Source of the DNA: Eledone cirrhosa
Lineage: Eukaryota
Assembly: GCA_964016885.1 (NCBI GenBank)
Contig: OZ024742.1
Span: forward strand, 356,066,001-356,130,000
Reading direction: 5' to 3'
Length of the DNA: 64,000 bases
Shown: positions 11,447-23,466 of the stretch, piece after piece
Layout of the letters: every line of letters starts with the position of its first letter
How positions within the stretch are numbered: position 1 is the stretch's first letter
The notes under the pieces: generated by a model
Told to the model about the DNA's origin: nothing
What the model saw: only the letters and a program-made list of their open reading frames with translations
Database searches by the model: none
Program-made: the position numbers and the translations under genes

Positions 11447-14400
11447 TGCCTGGGGTGTCAGGGAGGGGCATGTACCTCTGTAGGGGGAGGGGACTAGCCA
11501 TGCCTTTTTCAGGACAGCTCGTCCTGCATTGGGTCCCACCTGACACACAGCTCTCACCTGTGGCCCCAAGAAGCTGTAGCATGCGACAGTGGTCACACCA
11601 TGGGACGAACCAGTTTGAGGGTTGCCGGACGGGTCTGAAACCCCCGGTGAGTTAGAGAGGGATGCCTGCCCCAGCATGCGAAGACTGGACCTGGCGGAGT
11701 GAATGGAGGAGGACTACATTGTCCCAACGGTCACGAAGGTGGTGACAGCAAACGATGTGGAGCGCGAGGGCACGGCACCGCACTACAGACGTCGTGGCCA
11801 TCCACTGCAGCCAAGGAAGTCCCTGGTCGTGACGGTCCTTTGTACCACCGGATTCTGGATTCTGCGGCCGAGTAAGTGGGATCGTCACTGTGAACTGGCC
11901 CTCCCACTATAAACCTTTCCCGCACTCCCAAAGCCCTGCGGCGATGGGCGAGAGGTGGAGGTAACCTCTGGGAATTGCCAGTCTCAAACTCACACGTGGG
12001 CGGCCTGGATGTGCAAGTCGTTCTCCTCCTGACCCTGGGATGACAGAGGAGTTCAGGCGTTCCACCGGGCGAGTGAGCAGCCCTTTTCAGGGGAGCACTG
12101 CTCATCCTCGCACGAGGGGAGGGGCTATAAAAGGACCCCAAACCAAATGCTCGTCCCACACAAAGCCGGCCAGTCTACCGCGGCTGGCGGTTTTACTCTT
12201 CCAAGTGGTCGAAACTAACATAATAGAAAGAACTTAATTCTTGGCGCATGGAATGTGCGCACCCACATGGATAGGGAAACCTCCTTGAGGCCAGAGAGGA
12301 GAACTGCCCTCCTAGCGAGGGAACTAGCTCGCTACCGGATCGACATAACCGCCCTCAGCGAGACTAGACTCGCCGAAGAAGGATCAGTAGCAGAACCGAA
12401 AGAAGGCTACACCTTCTTCTGGAAGGGCAAAGGAAGATGACAAAATCTACTTGGTAGGCCTAGCCATCAAGACTTCGCTCTGCAAGCAGCTACCAGACCT
12501 CCCAACACCTGTGAGTGAGCGGCTGATGAAGCTCTACTTCCCCCTCGACCCATGCCAGCATGTCACAGTCATCAGCGCGTACCCTCCCACTCTCACCAGC
12601 AGCGATGAAGCAAATGACGCTTTCTCTGGGGAACTCAACGCACTCGTGAAGGGCATCTCCCCAAGCGATAAACTCATCCCACTGGGGGACTGCAACACAA
12701 GAGTCGGGTCTGTTAGCCACAACTGGAGAGGCGTGTTGGGACCTCATGGCAGGGGGAAGCTGAACTCTAACGGCCTGTTCCAGCAGGCAGACAAGTTCAA
12801 GACGACATGGATGCACCCCAGATCCAAACAGTGACATTTGATTGACTTTGCCATATGCTGCAGGAGGGACATCTGTGACATCAGAATCACCAGGGCTATG
12901 CATGGTGCAGATTGTTGGACCGAACATCGCCTTCTCAGGACCATCCTTCAGGCACCTCCAGAGGCAGACCCAAGCAGCGCTACGCAGAATTCAGGACAAG
13001 TGGTGGGAAAAGAAGGCCGAAGAAGTCGAGAGATACGCTGACACAAAGAACTCCAAGATGTTCTTCAGCGCCATCGGGGACGTCTCCGGAACCCCCCAAG
13101 CTTGTCACCACACCGCTGCTGTCTGCTGACGGCTCGATCCTGCAGAAGAGGAACAGCATCAACTCGAGGTGGAAAGAGTACTTCAGCAACCTGCTCAATA
13201 GGCCCTCTCCACTGTTGATCCTGCCGCCCTCGACCAGGTCCCTAGGTCCCACAGAAGCCCGTAGTCGGCAGCCTCGACCCCCCCCCCCCCACGTTGGATG
13301 AAGTCACGAAGGCAATCAACCAGACCAGCTCAGGAAAGCCCCCTGGGAAGGACTGGATTCCTGCCGAGATCTTCAAGTCGTCCGGTCCAGCTGCCCTGGG
13401 GGCCGTCCACACCCTCCTGTCAGCATATGGGAGAAAGATGAGGTGCCCAAAGACTTCAGGGATGCCACAGTTGTCTCACTTTTTAAGAACAAAGGCACCA
13501 AAATTGACTGAGGCAACTATCGGGGCATTTCTCTCCTGTCCATCGCTGGGAAGGTCCTGGCTCGGGTCATGCTTAACCGCCTCATTGCCAACATCTTGGA
13601 GGACAACCTGCCTGAGGCCTAGTCTGGGTTCCCCCCAAACCGCAGCACGATCGACATGATCTTCTCTGTACGCCAGGTACAGGAGAAGTGTGAGGCATCG
13701 GAGCCGTTCCGAATCACCAACGGCGTCAAGCAAGGATGTGTGCTGGCTCCCGTCCTCTTAAACCTCTTTTTCACCTGCATGCTCAATCATGCTGTCGAGG
13801 ACTTCGAGCATGGAGTATATCTGCGATACAGACGGGACGGCTCCCTGTTTGACTTGCGGTGCCGACGGCCAAGACAAGGACCGTGCAGAGGATCGTCCTT
13901 GAGGCACTTTTTGCTGACGACTGTGCCCTCATGGCCCACAGAGAGTCTGACCTCCAAGTCATCGTCAACAGGTTCGCGGAGGCCTCCTGCTTCTTCGGTC
14001 TCGCAATTAGCCCTGGCAAGACTGATGTCCTGTTCCAGCCTGCACCTGCCTCCGTCACCAACCCTATCTCCATCGGAGGCACCCAGCTAAAGATGGTGGA
14101 CGACTTCAAGTACCTCGGCAATGTCATCAGCAACGATGGAAGATCGACAAGGAGATAAACGCCAGAATCTGCAAGTCCAGTCAAGCCCTCGGCCGCCTGA
14201 GGACACGCGTCCTGAACCAGCACAACATCAGGAAGTCCATCAAGCTCAAGGTGTATAGGGCCATTGTTCTCACCAGCCTCCTCTACGGGTGTGAGACATA
14301 GACCCTGTTCAGAAGGCACCTGAAGCAGCTGGACCAGTTTCACATGTGCAGTTTGCGGTCAATCATGAACATCAAATGGCAGGACATGGTCTCCAACCTC

Positions 14401-14834
14401 GAAGTTCTTGACATGGCTGAGACAACCAGTGTCGAAGCTATGATACTGAAGAGCCGACTTCGATGGGTGGGACATGTCATCCGGATAGACGATCACAGGC
14501 TTCCGAAGCAACTGATGTATGGGGAACTCCATTCGGGGAAACGAAAGCGGGGCAGGCTTCTGAAGAGATTCAAGAGGCTCAGGACTGAGTGGCGAGCCCT
14601 TACCAGACGTGCCAATGATTCTTTTGAAGAGAAGAGACGGGCAGAGGTCACTGAGGCCTGTAAAAGGAGGAGAAAAGCATCAACAGCTGCCCCAAGTGAC
14701 TCCTGTCTCTTCCCCTGCCCCCCTCTGTCTCCGGACCTGCAAGTCAAGGATCGGCCTCCACAGCCACCTTCATGCCCATGGCAGACGGGAACTAAAATAA
14801 AGATGTCATCATCGTTCACGATGGACAACCAAGA
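11447..14834 (+). mobile_element. Near-full-length RTE-clade LINE (APE endonuclease + RT + C-terminal C2H2), pseudogenised, with internal deletions
   Basis: GAWNVRT..RPERRTALLARELARYRIDITALSETRL, AYPPT, LGDCN, TWMHPRSK, GVKQGCVLAPVL, LFADDCAL, FKYLG, LRWVGHV, CLRTCKSRIGLHSH; GC-rich; ~0.75-kb 5' UTR; inserted in (TA/TG)n. Confidence 0.95.
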
Positions 14835-14863
14835 TATACATGTATACATATGTATATATATAT

Positions 14864-15136
14864 GCTCGGGGGACATAGAAATAATCGGGCTGGATACCCA
14901 ATCGCGCAATTAAACCACTGGGAGTGAAGGACCCCTAGCCTTTGTCAAGGCATTTTTCTAGGAGAAGGCAACTCAGGAAACTGGGATAACTCCGACATAA
15001 AACCTGCAGCTCAGCGATGATGTTGATATTTTCTTCTTTTCGGGTTATAGCTACTGTCGGTCAGAGAGTGGGATTGGTTCAGTACAAAGTATTTCCTTAC
15101 TTTAAAAAAAAATCTTCACGCACAGGCATTCCACAA
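14864..15136 (+). mobile_element. RTE-5'UTR-like non-autonomous fragment
   Basis: CCCCTAGCCTTTGTCAAGGCA..TTCTAGGAGAAGG, GAGAGTGGGA and GCACAGGCATT are shared with 45139-45333. Confidence 0.65.
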
Positions 15137-16125
15137 TAGAATTAATTAATAATTATTAATAATGTTATATTGTGCAATGGCCAAACTCGATAACGAGGAG
15201 GGGGCAGCCATAATATTTTACGTACAATTTAGAAATAGCACACTAGATATAGGGTGCTAGAAATTGACTCACCATATCAATGGCTCTCATCTAGACACAG
15301 TTTCAAATGATTTGATAGTCAATTTTAAAGAATTTGACTTACCATGATTATAAGTGTTGCAATCGTTTAAGAACATACTTTAGATTTAGTGATAAATATC
15401 ACCTTACAGAGAAAGATAACAAGAAAGACAGTGTGGTATTTTGACATGCTAGAAATAGCAGCCTAGTCTCCTGTCAATCACTTTCAATTCTCAAGAAAAA
15501 GGAAGGACACATTGGACGATACAGTAATTGCTTTACAAAAAGACAGAGACATGGCCGGACCCTTCTTGGTTATGCCTTAACTGAATAAACACAACAAACC
15601 ATTAACCTATTCTAAATCCTTACATGATCTTATCGTTCTCGTCATTTTCACCATTTACTATCTGCTTTCCCTGTTGGGTCAGAACTGAAGTGGGTCTACT
15701 CACATTCGAAACAGACCAGGAGCCTACATTCATGCTTTACTGGATACTTTATATCATGCCACAAGCACTAGAGATGTCAAATTTTCCCATGACTAAAGGG
15801 TCCTTTCAACCCTTTGTTTGGAAAGCTTTCTATTGCTGGATGCTCTTAACAGAAACCATATTACAGAGTGTACTAGGTACGTTTACCATGTAGATCAACA
15901 CGAGAGAGGTTTTCACACTATTGACACAACTGAAGTGTCCTCTCAATCCTTTTGGTATTGCTTTTACAGTGAGGTGCCCTCCTTATCACCGACCACCTTA
16001 CTGGGTGTAGTGGGTGCATTTTCATGGCACCAACACTAAAGAGTTTGTATATTGTCTGCTTACATTCTGACTCGGTCTGTGAAGAGCCATCCAACCATTG
16101 CTATCAGAGAAAAGTTAGTAAACGA

Positions 16126-16182
<57 letters not shown>

Positions 16183-16234
16183 GGTGTATATGTATATATG
16201 TAAATGTAGATATGTACATATATATATGTATATT

Positions 16235-16394
16235 GGTAAACGGAATAGAAAATGCTGACAAATTGTTCAGTGAAAAATAGTTTAATTAGGAATAAGTGAG
16301 AATTAGTAATGGTATTAGTTAGTATTAAATTTTGGTTTTAAGTTTTACCGGTTGCGCATTTCTAATGCTTTTCAAAAATAATTTAGAGATAGTG
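16235..16394 (-). mobile_element. (TA)n-associated small element carrying a variant hammerhead
   Basis: Reverse-complement homologue of 42230-42405; minus strand TTGAAAA-GCATT-AGA-AATGC-GCAA-CCGG-TA. Confidence 0.75.
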
Positions 16395-16471
16395 CATACA
16401 GACACACACAGTCTCTCTCTCTCTCCTCTCCTCTCCTCTCCTCTCCTCTCCTCTCCTCTCCTCTCTCATAT

Positions 16472-16809
16472 GGAGGCACATGGCTTAGTGGTTAGAGCAT
16501 TGCCTTGCAATCAAAAGGTTGTGAGTTCAATTCTCAGACTGGGTGATGTGTTGTTTCCTTGAGCAAGACACTTTATTTCACATTGCTCCAGTTTACTCAG
16601 CTGTAGAAATGAGATGATAGGGACTGGGGTCCCTATCATTCCACTGCAAAGTGACCGTGGAGATGCCACGGCAATAAATCACCCAGCACTCACTGTAAAT
16701 CTGGTTGGTGTTAGGAAGGGCATCCAGCTGTAGAAATCAAGCCAGAATCAGTTCCCATCCCACCCTTGCAAGCAGGGAAAAGTGGACGTAAAATGATGAT
16801 GATGATGAT
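16472..16809 (+). mobile_element. tRNA-derived SINE with RTE-LINE 3' tail
   Basis: A box TGGCTTAGTGG, B box GAGTTCAATTC, central CCTTGAGCAAGACACTTT, tail GGAAGGGCATCCAGCTGTAGAAA...(GAT)n shared with the LINEs at 23467 and 27085. Confidence 0.9.
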
Positions 16810-18444
16810 TCACACACATATGTCACAACCCAGTTATATTTTTACATTATGGCCTGGCCCGGCCCTGTAATTCCTGGGGAGCCGTTGACATGCCATATTG
16901 AAATATGCCATTTCTAGGGCCTTTTTAAACCTGGTGGTGCTCAATCCTCTTTAGATCTGAATACAACAGATTTCTTCTCGAGAAGGTTAGAGGGAGTGAG
17001 AAAGAGGTACAGAGAAAAAATCGACCCCCACTACTTGACTGGTTCATTTTTTTATCTACCTTGAATGAGGGAAAGGTGATTGCCGTAGGATTTGAATTGA
17101 GAAATCAGAGAGCTGAAACAAATGCTGCAAACCATTCTATCTGATGTTCCAATGACTCTGCCAATTCACCACCTATTTTAACATTATACAAATCATCTAA
17201 TTTGCACTTCAATATTTAATTCATATTCTACACACAATTTATCAATTTTTTGTAAACTACCTAAGCTATAGAGAAGGTTGAGTCATTAAAATCCCTGTAT
17301 ATTGTCAGCTTTTACTATCTCAAGCATCTCTGTTTATACATCTCACACCTTCCTGTTTCCTGTACTGCATGGAAATGCTTCAAAACTAAACTCCTTGCCA
17401 AACTCTTGAAACAACTCTCTGGAGTTTTATGCTTCATTATATTTTCATTCTAGCCAATAACTTAGTCCACACTAACTGTTAACTATATTAACTTCCCCCA
17501 TTCATGTCTAGGTTTAGGATATCTTGTGTCGATAGACAATACCTTTCCTGTCTCTCAAACAAAACCAAATTGCAAGTTAGATTCATATTGGCTTCAAATT
17601 AAGTTTTGATCAATCTATATGCATGATTATACCTATTTGGATGTTGTATGCACATCACTGAAGTATGTTTTAAACAAGTCAAATCTATAATTACTTCTGT
17701 ATTCCAATTTAAACCACTCCATTTACAATTCTAATGCTTTTGAGAAAGTCGCAACATCACACAATCCATATCTCTTTATATGCAGAGACCGAATTGAAAA
17801 TTTCATTTTGAAAGTCAGTCAAATTAAAGGTTTGCTTTAAGCCTCACAATTTATATTACTGTAAATGTCTAAAATACACTTAATCACATCGACTACATAT
17901 AATTTCAATGCAATTTTACATTGTAAACTATTATTTATACTCTTATGCCAGTCTATAAGAAGCTAGATTAATTTACTCTTGTTACAACAATAAACGTGTA
18001 ATTTTACTTTTATTTCATCTTGTGTTAACATTTCCAAACTTCTTTACACATAATTCTATCATGACAGCTTTCAAAAATCTTTAAATACGATCAATTTTAT
18101 TGGATCACATTTTTTCAACCTCTACATCTTTGCCAGAATATTGCTTTTGAAAGCTCAATTTGTAGCTTTTATGGCTCTTTTATGGCTCTTTCATGCAAAT
18201 ATTTTTGTTTAATAAAATTAGATTTTATTATAAATCCATTAGAATTTTGAAAAGTTGACCATTTCCTTCTACATTTTTCTTTCTTCTAATCCTTTAGTTT
18301 TAATCTAAGGCAGCCAAGTGCTAATGTATAATTTAACCTATCAATCGATTAAACATTCAATTTCAATTATTTCTGTTTTTGTTTTAGTTTGGAAATCTTA
18401 TTAATTTCCCTCATTTTATCATTTCATGAATATGCTTTCTATTG

Positions 18445-18545
18445 GCTGCTACTGCTGCTGCTACTACTATTACTACTGCCACTGCTACTACTGCCATTAC
18501 TACTACTACCCCCACTGCCAGTACTACTACTGCTACTACTACAGT
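18445..18545. repeat. Degenerate (CTA/CTG)n repeat
   Basis: Direct reading. Confidence 0.8.
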
Positions 18546-18867
18546 AACATCAATAAAGACATCTACTGACTTTGGCAGAAGGCCACAATATTTTGGAGGA
18601 GGGTGTAGTTAAATAGAATCTTCATACATACTTGACTGTTCCTTATTTTATTGATCCAAGAAAAGTGAAAGATGAAGACGACTCCAAGAATCAAAATCTA
18701 AACAAAGTTATGGAATAAATTAGAAAAAGGTATATAGCTTGGTGTTGCTCTCTTTCCCTAGTAGTAAGGTTTGTTTTTAATTTAAGGACAAAATCAGCAA
18801 AATGTGTGGAGGAAAAGGCAAATTTTATTAAAATCACCCCAGTATACTATTTTATTGAAGTTGGAAG

Positions 18868-19222
18868 CAGGGTCGGATTTAATGTGGGGGAGGGGCGCAT
18901 ATGGGGCAGTTGCCCGGAGCTTCTTGCAGTTGGGGGGAGGGGGCACCAGCGACGGCAGTAGCAGTTTATTATGGGGGGTGTATGGCGGGGGGGGGGTCGG
19001 TTATGGCCATTTGAACAGAAAAAGGTAAGAATATTCTGGCCGGATGAGGCTGGTTTAAATGCTAAAGAGTTAATACCTGTATGTATAACTTTTCAATTCC
19101 AATTACTAAGCTAACTTTGATATGTGAAATTAGGGGGTGGGGCGGCGGCTGTTTATTCTAATTCTTTGTGTATGAGAGGTCCCCCCGCCCCCACGGCCCC
19201 CCAAGATCTAAATCCCACCCTG
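18868..19222. mobile_element. hAT-like MITE
   Basis: TIRs CAGGGTCGGATTTA / TAAATCCCACCCTG (13/14 match); eroded 8-bp TSD GTTGGAAG / GTCAGAAA. Confidence 0.7.
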
Positions 19223-19382
19223 GTCAGAAAGATGAAATGTACTCAGAATGCAAAGAAACAGAACAAATACTATGTTGGCATCTTATCTGACACTCTACTA
19301 ATTGTGTGAATCCACTGCCCTATTCCTAGTAGGAGTATTGATATGGATTTCTAACTAAAGTGCCTGTATGTGTAGACTTTTG

Positions 19383-19660
19383 TCAGTTCCCAAGATGAAT
19401 GTTCCAGTTGTTTGAACTGTGGAACTGCCTGTTTATGTACATACAGACATGTGAACCTGCAACATAATTCTCAGGGAGATTCAGCATAACATTATGACAA
19501 GTCGGGCCCTTTTGGGAATTACAGGTACAACACATTTTTACCAGCTGAGTAGGCTGGAACAATGGAAAATAAAGGTTCTTGCTCAAGAATACAACTTGCC
19601 ACTGGTAACCTAACACATGACTGTGATCATGAGTCAACTATCCTAACCATCAACCTTCAT
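19383..19660 (-). mobile_element. Old tRNA-SINE
   Basis: CAGCTGAGTAGGCTGGAACAATGGAAAATAAAGGTTCTTGCTCAAG is the reverse complement of the shared SINE central domain. Confidence 0.7.
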
Positions 19661-20092
19661 CTTAACTGAAGGTCAAGGTTATACATATTAGCAAGATTCA
19701 GGCACGGATAACTATGTTATGCAACTTAATGCTCCAAAATATTTAACATGTTGCATCAGATGGGGTATCAGGTTTATCTCGCTCTACAATATAGCTCAAG
19801 TTCTTCAAATCCTCCTCATTTAGGATAAATTTCTCCAAGATTCAGGTAGCGCTTGCTCCACAACCACCTTTTGCAGCTACTTTTCTGTATATTCTGTGGT
19901 TACTTTTCTTTTACTTTTCTTTCAGTATGTGTTGAACTCTAAGTGTGGAGGAAATTGTGGCAGTATGATTAATTGGTGCTGCTTTTTTTTAGCTGCTAAC
20001 AAAAGTTCACATTTTAAGATGATGATGATGGTCTTATTGTTTCTATCGTTGTTGTTACCTTTGTTCTTTCCATATGTTGTAGTAGTGTTTTG

Positions 20093-20427
20093 AAGGTGTG
20101 TGGCTAAGTCGTTATACCCTTGAGTTCACAATTGTAAGGTTGAAAGCTCAAATTCCGAGACTAGGTGGTGAGTTCTATTATTGAGCAAAGCACTTCATTT
20201 CATGTTGCTCCAGCTAGCTGTAGAAATGAGTTGCGATGTCACTGGTGCGTGCCAAGCTGTATTGGACATTGCCTTTCCCTTGGACAACATTGACGGTGTG
20301 AAGAGAGGCAACTGGTATGCATGGGTGACTACTGGTCTTCCACAAACACACCTTGCCCAGGCTTGTGCGTCAGAGGGGAACTTTCTTGGTGCAAAACCAT
20401 GGTCATGAATTACTGAAGGGTGTCTTA
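20093..20427 (+). mobile_element. tRNA-SINE with a different tail (same family as 61258-61582)
   Basis: TTGAGCAAAGCACTTCATTTCATGTTGCTCCAG..GTAGAAATGAGTTGC central domain; tail ending GGTCATGAATTACTGAAGG. Confidence 0.75.
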
Positions 20428-20624
20428 AGTAGTGTTTATGATGTTGTTGGTGGTAATAATACTTTTCCCTGAATTCATTAGTGGAGAGTATGAAGACATT
20501 TCCATCATTCTTTTTACTAGAAAATCTCCATCAATAATAATGCATCTTGTTGCCGTGGTGGTTTAACATCGTTTGGCAGATTGCTGGCTAATTGATTTCT
20601 CTGGATGTTGCTGTTGGTGTTGTT

Positions 20625-21640
20625 TTAATGGTACTTTATTTTATCAACCCCATAAGGATAAAACATAAAGCTAACCTCAACACGACATAAAAAGCTGAAA
20701 TTATATGCCACAAAACATATCTGATGCTCTAAAAATACTGCCAATTCACTGCCATTATAATAATTGTTTCTACTTTTGGCACAAGGCCAGTAAAAACCCA
20801 ATACATTACTGGTACTTTATTTTATCGACCCCATAAGGATGAAAGGCAAAGGTGACTTTGGCTGAATTTGAACTGAGAATGGCAAGGGCCGTAACTGTAT
20901 GCATCAAAGCATGACGTCCGACCCTCTACCGATACTGCCAAACCTCTGCCATTATAATAAAAATGGTTTCTGATTTTGGCACAATGCCAACAGTTTAGGA
21001 AAGGGGAAAGTTTATTAAATCAACCCCAGTGTATTACTGGTGTTTTATTCTATCAACCCCTTAAGAACGAAAGGCTAAGCTAATATCAGCGGGATTTAAA
21101 CTCAGGCCGTAAAGGGCTGTAAGTATATTCAGCAAAGTGTCCGACACTCTACCGATACCGCCAATCCATAAATACCTATAATAATAGGTACTCTGGGAAG
21201 GATAAACACACAGACAGGTACATAACCAAAATCCCAAGACTTTAACATATATACAGCATATAAGAAATAGCACTATAAGGCACTGCATACATTGGGAAGA
21301 TTACCCTCAATACAATAGAAACACCACCACCAAACTCCACACTGCACATACTGTAGCTGCACAGTGTTGCATACAGCAATGCAGTGATGTGCAATAAAAA
21401 TAAGACAAATAATAATAATTGTTTCTACTTTAGGCACAAGGCCGGCAATTAAATCAGTGTATTACTGGTACTTTATTTTATCGACAAGGCCAGCAATTTG
21501 GGGAGAGGGGAAAGTCAATTGACCCTAGTGCATTACTGGTACTTTATTTATTGACTGCGTGAGGATGAAAGGCAAATCTAACCTCGGAGGGATTTAAACT
21601 CAGAATGCAAAGGGATGTAGCTGTATGTCAATAATAATAA
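20625..21640 (-). mobile_element. Cluster of about 5 SINE copies (GTCGATAAAATAAAGTACC family)
   Basis: Repeated GGTACTTTATTTTATCRACCCC..AAGGATGAAAGGCAAA..GATTTRAACTCAG; TSD-like CTGCCATTATAATAA around the 20760-20945 copy. Confidence 0.85.
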
Positions 21641-22853
21641 TAATCGCAGACACACCAATGTTCTTCTACTAATATTGTAATTTCACAGTGAGGTCATGGA
21701 GGCAGTCAACTGCAATATCTCAGTATTACTGGTTCTTATTTCCGAGAGCTGGAAGGATGAAAATTAATGTATATACTAGTGGGATTTCAACTTATCTAGA
21801 TACTTTACTACAGCTATTGTCTCTGAAATTGTAAGCTATAACACAGTATACAACTATTATTAATGTATATCATTGAACATAACATTAATATTCTAATTAC
21901 TGCCTTCAGTGCTTGATAAAATAAATACCTATAATACACAGATATCAAGCTGTACTTAAAATATCTGATATAGTGATACAAGTTATTAAGATGGTCATTT
22001 TTCAGTCTGTTAAATTCATCTATGGAGAATATATTTGCAAGATTTGTATTTGCATTGTGGTTCGAATAATTCATTTTCTATATAGTATTTTGTGTTTAAA
22101 TTTTCTAGACTGGATTTAAGCTGATAACTCTTATTTTTAGACAAAGTATCTCTGCAACTGTTGTGGCAATATTTAGATTTTTGTTTCTTCTTTGGTAATG
22201 TTGACTGAGTTATGTTGGTGCTGGTGCTAGAGTTGCTGATTGATTAATCAATGTAGGCTTACTGTTCAACATCTTTGATTTTAAAAGATTCCACTGTAGG
22301 TCATTCTTACAATATCATGTATAAGCTGATCCAAATATGAGCTGACTTGCCTGTTTTATGTTTGAGAAATGGGCAATACTACAAACCACATATCTCAGCT
22401 GAGGCAGCTAATCAACACCTGGTTAGATGGTACAGTTTTGTAAATACCCACGAGCGGTGAATATTTTCATGAAGTTTTAATATTTTGATATCTTATTTTT
22501 TTTAGGTGTCGTTAAAAGTATAGTTTATATTTCTCATTACCATCGTTTAACAAAACGATTATATTTGATAATTTATTTTGATAAATCATAACTTTTGATA
22601 TTATGTGTTTCAGTTGATTCAAGCTTTGAATAATTATCAAACAGAGCAAAGAATTCTACTGTTAGATAATTAAAATTAAGATTTAGCAACCGTTTAAATG
22701 ATTACTTTCTATATTAGTCCATGAATATATTTAACCTTGCTTTTAAAAAACATTAAAAAAAGTAATGCGCTGTCTTAAACAACACCAAACTTAGTGAATT
22801 TCAATTTTTAATTGAACTTTGTTATATCAAATACTCATTCTCTCTTATATACA

Positions 22854-23292
22854 GAAGGCGCATGGCTTAGTGGTTAGAGCATTGGGCTTGCAATTGAAAG
22901 GATGTGAGTTCAATTCTTGGACCGGGTGTTGTGATGTTTCCTTGAACAAGACACTTTATTTCGCGTTGCTCCAGTTTACTCAGCTGTAGAAATGAGAGGA
23001 TAGGACTGGGGTCCCTATCATTCCACTGCAAAGTGGTTGTGGAGGTGCCACAACAAAAAAGCACCCAGCTCACACTGTAAAGTGGATGTGTAGGTGACAT
23101 GGAAAAAAAGCACCCAGTATTCACTGTAAATGAGGTTGGTGTATGAAGGGCATCCAGCTGTAGAAATCAAGCCAGAATCAGTTCCCGTATGAGCAAGTCA
23201 AGAGCAGCCGACTGGACACTGCCCACAACAGGGCAACCCGACTAACCCATGCTAGCGTGGAAGAACGGACATAAAACGGTGATGATGATGAT
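22854..23292 (+). mobile_element. tRNA-derived SINE with RTE-LINE 3' tail
   Basis: Same head as 16472; its 3' ~260 bp closely matches the LINE 3' UTR at 26825-27085. Confidence 0.9.
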
Positions 23293-23466
23293 ACACATAG
23301 ATATACACCAGGTCTGAACACAAGAACTAAATTCCCCCAGTCACTGCCTTCATCTCTCACATTTATTTTGTGAATAAATGTTTTGCTGCTATTCTGAGAG
23401 AAAATCCCTTTAGCATTTTCTGTTTTTATTCTTTTTTACTATTATATTATATTATATTATATATAT

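Noticed and set aside
16472-16545. tRNA-like sequences at SINE heads (also 22854 and 51525)
   Set aside because: Continue into SINE core and LINE tail with an imperfect cloverleaf; not tRNA genes.
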